Below are positions 56,992-64,000 of a DNA stretch of 64,000 nt, one piece after another. The stretch is from NCBI GenBank assembly GCA_046704085.1, contig JBJKSJ010000038.1, forward strand, positions 1,116-65,115, given 5' to 3'. The stretch comes from Ktedonobacterales bacterium. GTDB lineage: Bacteria > Chloroflexota > Ktedonobacteria > Ktedonobacterales > DATBGS01. Every line of letters starts with the position of its first letter. Within the stretch, counting starts at the first letter, position 1. Under the pieces are notes generated by a model. That model was not told where the DNA came from. It ran no database searches and worked only from the letters and a program-made list of their open reading frames with translations. The translations under genes and the position numbers were made by a program.

Positions 56992-57339
56992 ATGGCAGAA
57001 ACGATGACCAGTAACTATGAGCAGGTGCTTCGTGGCCTGGCGGCCAATGATGAAACACTTATCGAATCGCTCCTCAAGATGCAGATGCAAAATCTCGCTG
57101 CGTCCGGCCTCGATCCCAAGACGCATGCCCTGGTTAGGATTGCGGCGCTAATTGCGATCGATGCTGCGCCAGCTTCGTTTGCCTGGCAGGTGACGATAGC
57201 GCGCGAAAGTGGCGCTACGCCAGAGGAGATGCTTGGAGTGATGGTGGCGCTGGCCCCGACGGTGGGGATGGCCCGCGTGGTGGAGACGGCGCCTGAACTG
57301 GCCTATGCCCTGGGCATTAATCTGGATACCAACACCTAA
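56992..57339 (+). CDS. Carboxymuconolactone-decarboxylase (AhpD-like) family protein
   Basis: ORF 56977..57339 trimmed to ATG 56992 (GAGGAGG Shine-Dalgarno). The helical core LDPKTHALVRIAALIAIDA...GATPEEMLGVMVALAPTVG is typical of CMD-family proteins. Confidence 0.6.
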   Translation: MAETMTSNYEQVLRGLAANDETLIESLLKMQMQNLAASGLDPKTHALVRIAALIAIDAAPASFAWQVTIARESGATPEEMLGVMVALAPTVGMARVVETAPELAYALGINLDTNT

Positions 57340-57390
57340 ATTACCAGGAAGCATCGATGTGACCCGAAACGCGCCAAAGAAAGGAAGCTT

Positions 57391-57846
57391 ATGATGATCA
57401 GACGTCGCCCTTTGCTGCGCGCAGCAGCCGTCGGCGGTGCGGGCTATCTGGCCGGGAAGAGCGCGGCCAATAAGGCCCAGCAGATGAACTCACTCGAAGG
57501 ACAGGTGCAGGATCTTCAAGCAGCGCAAGCAGCAACGCCTGAAGCAACTCCCGCTCCGACCGGGTATCCCCCCGGCTATCCTCCTGCTCCGGCGTATCCA
57601 CCCCAGCCGGGGATGCCCGGTGGTCCGCCGCCCATGTATGCGGCGCCCTATGCCAGCCCTTCAGCGTATCCACCCCAGCAGACAATGCCTGCGGAATCGC
57701 CACCACCAGCCGCTTCGGCTCCCGCCCCGGCTCCAGCGGCAGATCGACTGACACAGTTGAAGCAACTGGGTGAGCTACACCAGGCCGGGGTGTTGACCGA
57801 CGAGGAATTCCAAAACGAGAAGCAACGCATCATGGGAAGTGGGTAA
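57391..57846 (+). CDS. SHOCT-domain protein with a Pro-rich linker
   Basis: GAAAGGAAG Shine-Dalgarno. The C-terminus LTQLKQLGELHQAGVLTDEEFQNEKQRIMG matches the SHOCT motif. The N-terminus is Gly/Ala-rich and hydrophobic. Confidence 0.6.
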   Translation: MMIRRRPLLRAAAVGGAGYLAGKSAANKAQQMNSLEGQVQDLQAAQAATPEATPAPTGYPPGYPPAPAYPPQPGMPGGPPPMYAAPYASPSAYPPQQTMPAESPPPAASAPAPAPAADRLTQLKQLGELHQAGVLTDEEFQNEKQRIMGSG

Positions 57847-57918
57847 GCTTCTCGATCGTCGGCAAGACCTCGGTCTTGCCGAGTTTCCCGATCCCGCCAC
57901 TCAGAGCCAGCATAAGCA

Positions 57919-58713
57919 TCAGCCGCCGATCTGGAGGCGATAGCCAATGCCTGGCTCGGTCAGCAGATAGCGTGGGCGGCTGGGATCGGGTTCAATCTTG
58001 CGCCGAAGCTGGCCTACAAAGACCCGCAGATAGTGCGCCTCATCCTCATATTCTGGCCCCCAGACCGCGCGCAGAAGCGTGCGGTGCGTCACCACTTTCC
58101 CAGCATTTATCGCCAGGTATTTGAGTACCTCATACTCCGTGGGAGTCAGCCGCACCTCGTTCTGTCCAACCAGCACACGGCGACGCTCAAAGTCAATCAG
58201 CAGCGCGCCAGTTTGGAACTGCGCCTCGGCGCCGCTTCCACCGCCTGCATGCGCCGCATGGCGCAGGGCAACACGCACGCGGGCGATCAACTCGCCCATG
58301 CTGAACGGCTTGGTGAGATAATCATCCGCGCCCAGTTCCAGGGCCGTAATCTTATCCTGATCGGCGCCGCGCACTGAAAGCACAATGATGGGGACGGAGG
58401 ACCAGCCGCGAAGCTGGCGACAGACTTCGATACCATCCATATCTGGCAGCGCCAGATCGAGAATGACCACATCAGGGTGCCAGCGCGCGACGAATTCCAT
58501 GCCCTGGCCGCCAGTGGGCGCCCATTCGACGGCGAACTCCGCTCCCGCCAGGCCAGTGCGCAGCGCCCGTCGAATCTCCGGCTCATCATCGATTACCAAC
58601 ACGCGCACACCTCCTGTCACCCGCGAGGCGGCGAGCGTCTCTGGCTGCTCAGGCAGCAACTCCGCTGGCCTGGAGTCAGGGGGCCGAGGCGCTGGCGCTG
58701 GTTCGTTGTTCAT
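57919..58713 (-). CDS. OmpR-family response regulator, KdpE-like
   Basis: ORF 57919..58971 trimmed to ATG 58713. Receiver domain VLVIDDEPEIRRAL...DVVILDLALPDMDG...GADDYLTKPF, plus a winged-helix region LTPTEYEVLKYLA...YLRVFVGQLRRKIE. Confidence 0.85.
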   Translation of the reverse strand: MNNEPAPAPRPPDSRPAELLPEQPETLAASRVTGGVRVLVIDDEPEIRRALRTGLAGAEFAVEWAPTGGQGMEFVARWHPDVVILDLALPDMDGIEVCRQLRGWSSVPIIVLSVRGADQDKITALELGADDYLTKPFSMGELIARVRVALRHAAHAGGGSGAEAQFQTGALLIDFERRRVLVGQNEVRLTPTEYEVLKYLAINAGKVVTHRTLLRAVWGPEYEDEAHYLRVFVGQLRRKIEPDPSRPRYLLTEPGIGYRLQIGG

Positions 58714-60565
58714 CGCTGGCTTCCATCGTAGGTATCGTCGCGCCCCTGGCAGAAGGCGCGAGTTCAGGTAATTCGCCGCTTGGCCGATCAGCAGGAATCG
58801 GCAGCGTAAAGAGAAAACTTGACCCCTCGCCAGGTCGGCTTTCCGCCCAGATGCGCCCCTGGTGGACGCGGATAATATTGGCGCAAATCGCCAGGCCCAG
58901 GCCCGTTCCGGCGGGCGAGCGCATATCTGCCCAGGGGAGGCGAACCTGCGGGACGCGATAGAACTTATCAAAGATCAGCTTCAACTGATCGGCGGCAATC
59001 CCAATGCCCTGATCTGAGACACGCACCTCCAACTCCCCAGGATTGCCAACCACCCGCGCCTGCACGCGAATGCTGCTCTGGGGCGGCGAATACTTCAGCG
59101 CGTTCTCGATCAGATTGGTGAGGACACGCTCGATCTGCCCGTGATCCAACAGCGCCAGCGGGAGGCTTTCTGGAACCTCCACCTCGATCTTCCGGTTGCG
59201 AGTCTGCCCAGCCAGATCAAGCCGGTCCAGGACCGTTGCAATCACATCTCCGATGAGATGCCAGTCTTTCTCTGGCTGCGCCGTGCCCGATTCCAATTGA
59301 GAGAGGTCCAGCAGATTGCTGACCAGTTGGTTCAGCCGATCAACACTGGCATCAATCGATTCGATGAACTCCAGGCGATCCTTCTCCTGCCAGGTCATGC
59401 CTGGCTGAAGGAGGCTGCTGGTTGCGGCCTTGATCGCCGAGAGCGGGGTGCGCAAATCATGGGTGACAGAACCTAGCAGCACATTCTTCAGGTGGTCGCT
59501 CTCGCGCAGCGCCTCGGCATGGATGGCCTGCTGCTGCAACGCGAGCCGTTCTAATGCCAGCGCCATCTGGCCGCAGAAGGTCAGAAAGAGCTGTGCTTGC
59601 GGGCCACGCTCACGCTCTGCGGCCACATTCAACGCGGCGCCCACAGCAAGCAAGGTTCGCCCGGTCACAAGGCAATGAAGTTCAGAACTCCCTGCAATCC
59701 CCAGCAACCCAAGGACGCGATGGCTGCTGAGCAGGGGAACGTAGAAAACGGTATAGCCGCCCTCCTGATCCAAAGAGACATCCTGACCCACCGGAGCGCC
59801 ATGCTGCAACGCCCATCTCGCCAGGAATGCCTGTTCACGCACTTCCAGGTTCAACGCCTTCTGCGCCGGGCTACCAGCGGGTGTGACCGTTCGCGTGACG
59901 AGTGTTCCCTGCGCATCTGGCACAATCAGCGCGGCAGCAGCCACCCCAGAGGAGGCAAAGACCTGCGTGACCTGCTGAACCAGCCCCTGAAGCAACTGCT
60001 CCTCATCCGTCGTCGAGGCGATCATCTGTGTTAGCGCGTAGAGGCGGGCCGTGCGCTGCTGGCTGGCAAGCGCCTCCTGCACATGCGCCTGGACGGTCGC
60101 CGTAAGCTGACCGATGACCAGCGCCGTCGCCAGCAATGCCAACAATGAAATCCACTGCGCGGGATCATCGACTGTGAAGCGGTAGAGCGGCGGGACGAAG
60201 AAGAAGTCATACGCCAGAAACGCCAGAAAAGAGGCCAGAATCGCCGGACGGCGCCCAAAGGCAACCGCTAGCCAGAGAACAACGGGAAGATAAATCAGCG
60301 AAAGGTTGTTAACATGAAAAAAAGCAGTCACGAGGCCAATACAGAGTGTTGCCAGCGCGACCCCCAGCGCCGCCGCCGCATAGCCTATCAGCGCACGTGG
60401 CTGATGCCCGGAGAGGCGCAGTCCACCGCCGATAGCGCGCAGGAACCGACGCCTGGGGGCATGCGGGATCACAACCCGCTGAACAATTTGCTTCTGGGAT
60501 GGTTGGCGCTCGTTTCCTGTTGTCTGCCCCTGCTCACGTTGGAGGGGCAGCTCTTTAATAGCCAT
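58676..60565 (-). CDS. KdpD-like sensor histidine kinase lacking the N-terminal KdpD/Usp module
   Basis: ORF 58676..61213 trimmed to ATG 60565. The 5' extension would read through the TPP riboswitch on the opposite strand. DUF4118-type TM block (SLIYLPVVLWLAVAFG...FFFVPPLYRFTV), a GAF domain, H-box LLGSVTHDLRTPLSAI, and HATPase_c. Confidence 0.8.
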   Translation of the reverse strand: MAIKELPLQREQGQTTGNERQPSQKQIVQRVVIPHAPRRRFLRAIGGGLRLSGHQPRALIGYAAAALGVALATLCIGLVTAFFHVNNLSLIYLPVVLWLAVAFGRRPAILASFLAFLAYDFFFVPPLYRFTVDDPAQWISLLALLATALVIGQLTATVQAHVQEALASQQRTARLYALTQMIASTTDEEQLLQGLVQQVTQVFASSGVAAAALIVPDAQGTLVTRTVTPAGSPAQKALNLEVREQAFLARWALQHGAPVGQDVSLDQEGGYTVFYVPLLSSHRVLGLLGIAGSSELHCLVTGRTLLAVGAALNVAAERERGPQAQLFLTFCGQMALALERLALQQQAIHAEALRESDHLKNVLLGSVTHDLRTPLSAIKAATSSLLQPGMTWQEKDRLEFIESIDASVDRLNQLVSNLLDLSQLESGTAQPEKDWHLIGDVIATVLDRLDLAGQTRNRKIEVEVPESLPLALLDHGQIERVLTNLIENALKYSPPQSSIRVQARVVGNPGELEVRVSDQGIGIAADQLKLIFDKFYRVPQVRLPWADMRSPAGTGLGLAICANIIRVHQGRIWAESRPGEGSSFLFTLPIPADRPSGELPELAPSARGATIPTMEASDEQRTSASASAP

Positions 60566-60760
60566 TCTCAGGGTTCTCCTACCCAAACTGAACAAACCTT
60601 CATCAGCACGCATGCTGGTCCGAAAAGCATTATACCCTCCCGATTCAGAAATAAGTAGATAACATTCCATCCAATGGCACAAACGGGCCACAACTCCCTC
60701 CCGGAAAGATAGCGCACAGGGGGAGCTTGCTTCGGCAGGAAGGTTGGCGCTGCGCATCTC

Positions 60761-60789
60761 TTGCGCTTGCTTCGCAGGTATGGTATGAT
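60761..60789 (+). promoter_or_regulatory. Candidate sigma70-type promoter for the riboswitch-thiZXY transcript
   Basis: TTGCGC (60761-60766), 17-nt spacer, TATGAT (60784-60789). It lies about 45 nt upstream of the aptamer. Confidence 0.45.
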
Positions 60790-60834
60790 CCATGCAGGGA
60801 ACAGTATCTACCTTGTAAGAAAACATGTTGCCGC

Positions 60835-60925
<91 letters not shown>

Positions 60926-60951
60926 GGGGATGCCATAGGCACCACCAGGCA

Positions 60952-60977
60952 GGCGCTGGAAGTATCCAGCGCCTTTT
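60952..60977 (+). terminator. Intrinsic terminator forming the expression platform of the TPP riboswitch
   Basis: Stem GGCGCTGGA (60952-60960), loop AGTA, stem TCCAGCGCC (60965-60973), then TTTTGTATT. It lies between the aptamer and the start codon. Confidence 0.7.
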
Positions 60978-60995
60978 GTATTGGTGGCGCCAGTG

Positions 60996-61847
60996 ATGAA
61001 CGCTTTATCCTTGACGACGCCCGTCACGCTCGCGGTTGAGGGCGTCTCCAAAGTCTTCCCGCAGCGGGGCAAGTCCCCGCTGGCGGTGCTTGATCGCATC
61101 TCGCTCCAGGCGCGCGCGGGCGAGTTTATCAGCGTCGTTGGCCCCAGCGGCTCCGGAAAAAGCACGCTGCTCTCGATCATCGCCGGGCTGGAAGAACCCT
61201 CCGAGGGCAGCATCGCCCTGGACGGCGACCCCGACGCGCCGCGCCTGGGGCAGATCGGCTATATGCCCCAGCGCGACTTGCTGCTGCCCTGGCGCAACGC
61301 ACTGGACAATGCCCTTGCTGGCATCCAGGTGCAGGGGATGCCCAAACGCGAGGCGCGCAAGCGCGCCCATGACCTCTTCTGCCAGTTTGGCCTGGCCGAG
61401 TTCGAGCGCAGCTATCCCCACGAGCTTTCCGGCGGCATGCGCCAGCGCGTCGCCTTTGCGCGCACCGTGTTGGCCGCGCGCAACCTCATGCTGCTGGATG
61501 AACCCTTCGGCGCGCTGGACGCCTTTACCCGCCTCCAGATGCAGCGCTGGCTGCTCGACATCTGGGGGCAGTTGGGCAAAGCGGCCATCCTCGTGACGCA
61601 TGACCCCGAAGAGGCGCTCTTGCTGGCCGACCGCGTGTACGTCTTTTCGGCCCGCCCGGCGCGGGTCATCCTGACGCTGGATGTGGCTCTGCCGCGCCCC
61701 CGCCCGGCAGAGATCGTCGGCACGCCCGATTTTGCGCGCCTGAAAGCGCGGCTCCTGCGAGCGCTGCTCACCGGCCAGGATGTCCCGCTGGAGCCGCTTC
61801 AGGATCAGGCGCAGCCTCAAGAAGCTGCCCAGGAGGCGCCACGATGA
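60996..61847 (+). CDS. thiZ: ABC transporter ATP-binding protein (NitT/TauT family); tentatively ThiZ
   Basis: ORF 60981..61847 trimmed to ATG 60996, because the riboswitch terminator T-tract reaches 60977-60983. Walker A GPSGSGKST, signature LSGGMRQR, Walker B MLLDEPF. Confidence 0.8.
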   Translation: MNALSLTTPVTLAVEGVSKVFPQRGKSPLAVLDRISLQARAGEFISVVGPSGSGKSTLLSIIAGLEEPSEGSIALDGDPDAPRLGQIGYMPQRDLLLPWRNALDNALAGIQVQGMPKREARKRAHDLFCQFGLAEFERSYPHELSGGMRQRVAFARTVLAARNLMLLDEPFGALDAFTRLQMQRWLLDIWGQLGKAAILVTHDPEEALLLADRVYVFSARPARVILTLDVALPRPRPAEIVGTPDFARLKARLLRALLTGQDVPLEPLQDQAQPQEAAQEAPR

Positions 61848-62734
61848 GAATCCTCCGCGCAATCTTGCGCGCCTGGCCGCCAGTGCTGCTCATCTTCTTG
61901 CTGCTGGCCCTCTGGCAGTTGTATGTGCAGACTCAGAACATCGACCCATTGATTCTCCCCGCGCCGCTGCGCATCTTCTCGGCGACCATCGCCAACCGCT
62001 CGACCTTTGCGGCGCATATCGGAACGACCGTCTATGAAACGCTGGTCGGCCTGGGCGTCTCGCTGGCGTTTGGCGTGCTGACGGCGGCCATCATCGACCT
62101 CTCTTCCCCGCTGCGGCGGGCCGTCTATCCGATACTGGTAGCCTCGCAGGCCATCCCCATCGTCGCCATCGCCCCGCTGCTCATCTTCTCATTCGGCTAT
62201 GGCCTGCTGCCAAAAGTGATTGTCGTCACCCTGGTCTGCTTCTTTCCCATAACCGTCTCGATGGCCGATGGCCTGCGCAGCACCGACCCCGAACTGATCA
62301 AGCTCTTTCGCACCTTTGGCGCGGGTGAACTGGTCATCTTCTGGCGCGTGCGCCTGCCACACGCGCTGCCGTCGTTCTTCTCTGGCCTGCGCATCGCGGC
62401 CACCTATGCCGTCATCGGCGCCATTCTGGGCGAGTACGTCGGCGCAACGTATGGCCTGGGCGTGCTGCTTGAACTGGAGCAGCGTTCGTTCCGCACTGAT
62501 CTGGTCTTTGGGGATGCCATCATCACCGCGTTACTCAGTATTGCCTTATTTGTGCTGGTTTCGTTGATTGAGCGCGTCGCCCTGCCCTGGTATTACGCCG
62601 CTGGGCGCGAGCGCGACTGGCGCGACGCCGGGCGACGTCCGAAACGCCGCCATCGGGCTGCGCGCCGGAGCAACCATCCGACAAACCTGCCTGAAACAGT
62701 CCAGGCAGAGCCAACCCAGGAAGTTCCAGCCTGA
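61844..62734 (+). CDS. thiX: ABC transporter permease (NitT/TauT family); tentatively ThiX
   Basis: Its ATG overlaps the ATPase stop (ATGA). Six TM helices and an EAA-like loop (DPELIKLFRTFGAG). Confidence 0.8.
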   Translation: MRILRAILRAWPPVLLIFLLLALWQLYVQTQNIDPLILPAPLRIFSATIANRSTFAAHIGTTVYETLVGLGVSLAFGVLTAAIIDLSSPLRRAVYPILVASQAIPIVAIAPLLIFSFGYGLLPKVIVVTLVCFFPITVSMADGLRSTDPELIKLFRTFGAGELVIFWRVRLPHALPSFFSGLRIAATYAVIGAILGEYVGATYGLGVLLELEQRSFRTDLVFGDAIITALLSIALFVLVSLIERVALPWYYAAGRERDWRDAGRRPKRRHRAARRSNHPTNLPETVQAEPTQEVPA

Positions 62735-62749
62735 AGAAAAGGGGACATT

Positions 62750-63787
62750 ATGAAGTCGCTGCTTCGTCGCATCTGGCTCTTACTGCTGCCGGGCTTATTT
62801 CTAGTGGTAGGCTGCGGAACCGCTGCACAGAGCCAGGGGTCACAACACCTCACACCCGTCTCGATTGCCCTGGATTGGACACCAAATACCAATCACACCG
62901 GCATCTACGTTGCTCAGCAGAAAGGCTGGTATCAACAGCAGGGGCTAAATCTGTCGATCCTCCCCTATTCGCAAAACGCCGCGCCAGAAACACTGGTCGC
63001 CTCTGGCAAGGCAGATTTCGCCATCAGCTTTGAGGAAAGCGTCACCACTGCTCGTGTCTCCGGCCAGGATTTGGTCTCTATCGCGGCCATTGTGCAGCAT
63101 AATACCTCCGCGCTGGCGGTGCGCGCCGAATCAGGCATCACCAGCCCGGCTCAGCTTGCGAGCAAAGTGTATGGCGCGTTTGGCGACCCGTTCGAGCCAT
63201 ACGTGATCTCCGATGTCATCAATTGCGCTGGCGGTAATGTCACGCCCAGCGAGATTAGCTCAAAGAGTCCCACCTTGAATATAGACCCGCTGGCAGCCCT
63301 CCAGAGCAAGCAGGTGGATTATGTATGGATCTTTGAGGGCTGGGAGGGCATCCAGGCACAGCGCATGGATATGAAGCTTACCATGTTCCCTATCTCGAAC
63401 TACTGCGTGCCAGACTACTATACCCCGGTGATCATTACCAGCGGCAAGTTTATCCACGACCATCCTGATCTGGTGCGCAAGTTCATGGCCGCCACGTCAC
63501 AGGGCTACAATTACGCCATTGCTCACCCCGATGACGCCGCTAACATCCTGATTAACGCTGTGCCCCCCGGCACGTTTGATGATCCCGGCCTGGTGACGCA
63601 GAGCCAGGAATACCTGAGCAAGCAATACGCGCTTGGCGCGCCCAAGTGGGGCTATCAGACCCTCCAGAAGTGGCACGACTACCCCCACTTCCTCTTCGAG
63701 ACAGGCAAGCTAGCGGACGCCAATGGCAACCCCGTCACTTCCGAACCGGACGAAAGCCAGTTCTTCACCAACCAGTTTCTGCCATAA
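62750..63787 (+). CDS. thiY: NMT1/THI5-like substrate-binding lipoprotein; tentatively ThiY (HMP/thiamine-precursor binding)
   Basis: Lipobox LFLVVGCGTA. Family motif ALDWTPNTNHTGIYVAQQKGWY. The operon sits behind a TPP riboswitch. Confidence 0.75.
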   Translation: MKSLLRRIWLLLLPGLFLVVGCGTAAQSQGSQHLTPVSIALDWTPNTNHTGIYVAQQKGWYQQQGLNLSILPYSQNAAPETLVASGKADFAISFEESVTTARVSGQDLVSIAAIVQHNTSALAVRAESGITSPAQLASKVYGAFGDPFEPYVISDVINCAGGNVTPSEISSKSPTLNIDPLAALQSKQVDYVWIFEGWEGIQAQRMDMKLTMFPISNYCVPDYYTPVIITSGKFIHDHPDLVRKFMAATSQGYNYAIAHPDDAANILINAVPPGTFDDPGLVTQSQEYLSKQYALGAPKWGYQTLQKWHDYPHFLFETGKLADANGNPVTSEPDESQFFTNQFLP

Positions 63788-63797
63788 GGCCAAAGCA

Positions 63798-63846
63798 CGC
63801 TGGTGGGCACAGATGGTCAAAAAGCGGGCATCTGTGCCCACCAGCG
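63798..63846 (+). terminator. Terminator-like hairpin after the thiY-like gene
   Basis: Perfect 18-bp stem: CGCTGGTGGGCACAGATG (63798-63815) pairs with CATCTGTGCCCACCAGCG (63829-63846). It starts 11 nt after the stop. There is no clear T-tract. Confidence 0.5.
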
Positions 63847-64000
63847 TGCAAGTGTCTATTCCGGCAAGCGATCTGATAACCAATCCCATGCTTCCTAGCA
63901 CGAAATATGCGATAATAGAGGCCGCGCTATGCCCATTCGCTTCCCACACATAGAGGTGCTGGAGCGCTGCGGACACCTGCGTGTCTGTCCATTCTGTCTT

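Noticed and set aside
63710-63976. An 88-aa minus-strand ORF at the right edge, which could be the end of a gene entering the window.
   Set aside because: It reads through the 18-bp terminator hairpin and into the thiY-like gene, and has no recognisable motif. The last 150 nt of the window may belong to a gene on either strand, but I cannot support a call.

Overview
High-GC bacterial chromosomal segment. I call 47 protein-coding genes, one cut by the left window edge. I saw no rRNA, tRNA, transposase, integrase or CRISPR array. The taxon cannot be fixed from sequence alone. The gene content (ROK proteins, WD40 lipoprotein, LuxR-STAND regulator, GT87-like protein, many GAF/PAS kinases) suggests Chloroflexota or Actinomycetota, but that is a guess.

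Gene content, left to right:
- Vgb-like propeller lipoprotein, mtaB, several proline-rich membrane proteins, and small redox enzymes.
- WD40 lipoprotein plus an FAD oxidoreductase, a GAF protein, and a ROK glucokinase.
- A xylose-type cluster: xylFGH-like ABC transporter, ROK regulator, divergent xylose-isomerase-like gene, xylB, and a thioesterase.
- A vWA membrane protein, two paralogous orphan GAF/PAS histidine kinases, and tandem SDR paralogs.
- cydAB next to a NarL-type two-component pair.
- A Vps62-like membrane protein operon.
- A glucose-dehydrogenase-like gene followed by a flavoprotein that lacks the redox cysteines.
- GH63-like hydrolase, PDZ-less S1C protease, and a MalT/LuxR STAND regulator.
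- A KdpD/KdpE-like pair with no kdpFABC genes nearby.
- A ThiXYZ-like ABC transporter behind a clear TPP riboswitch.

Most notable unexplained signal: six copies of a 17-nt motif, (A/C)TGTATCNAAAGATGTA. They strictly alternate in orientation and occur only in the intergenic gaps of the 48.2-56.7 kb block that surrounds the STAND regulator.

Other unexplained structure:
- A GC-rich intergenic repeat family, about 170-210 bp, in 2.5 copies.
- A 9-bp micro-repeat array in a divergent promoter region.
- Several long perfect hairpins at convergent gene ends.

All coordinates were anchored to the supplied ORF track. All functional calls rest on motif recognition by eye, not on database searches.
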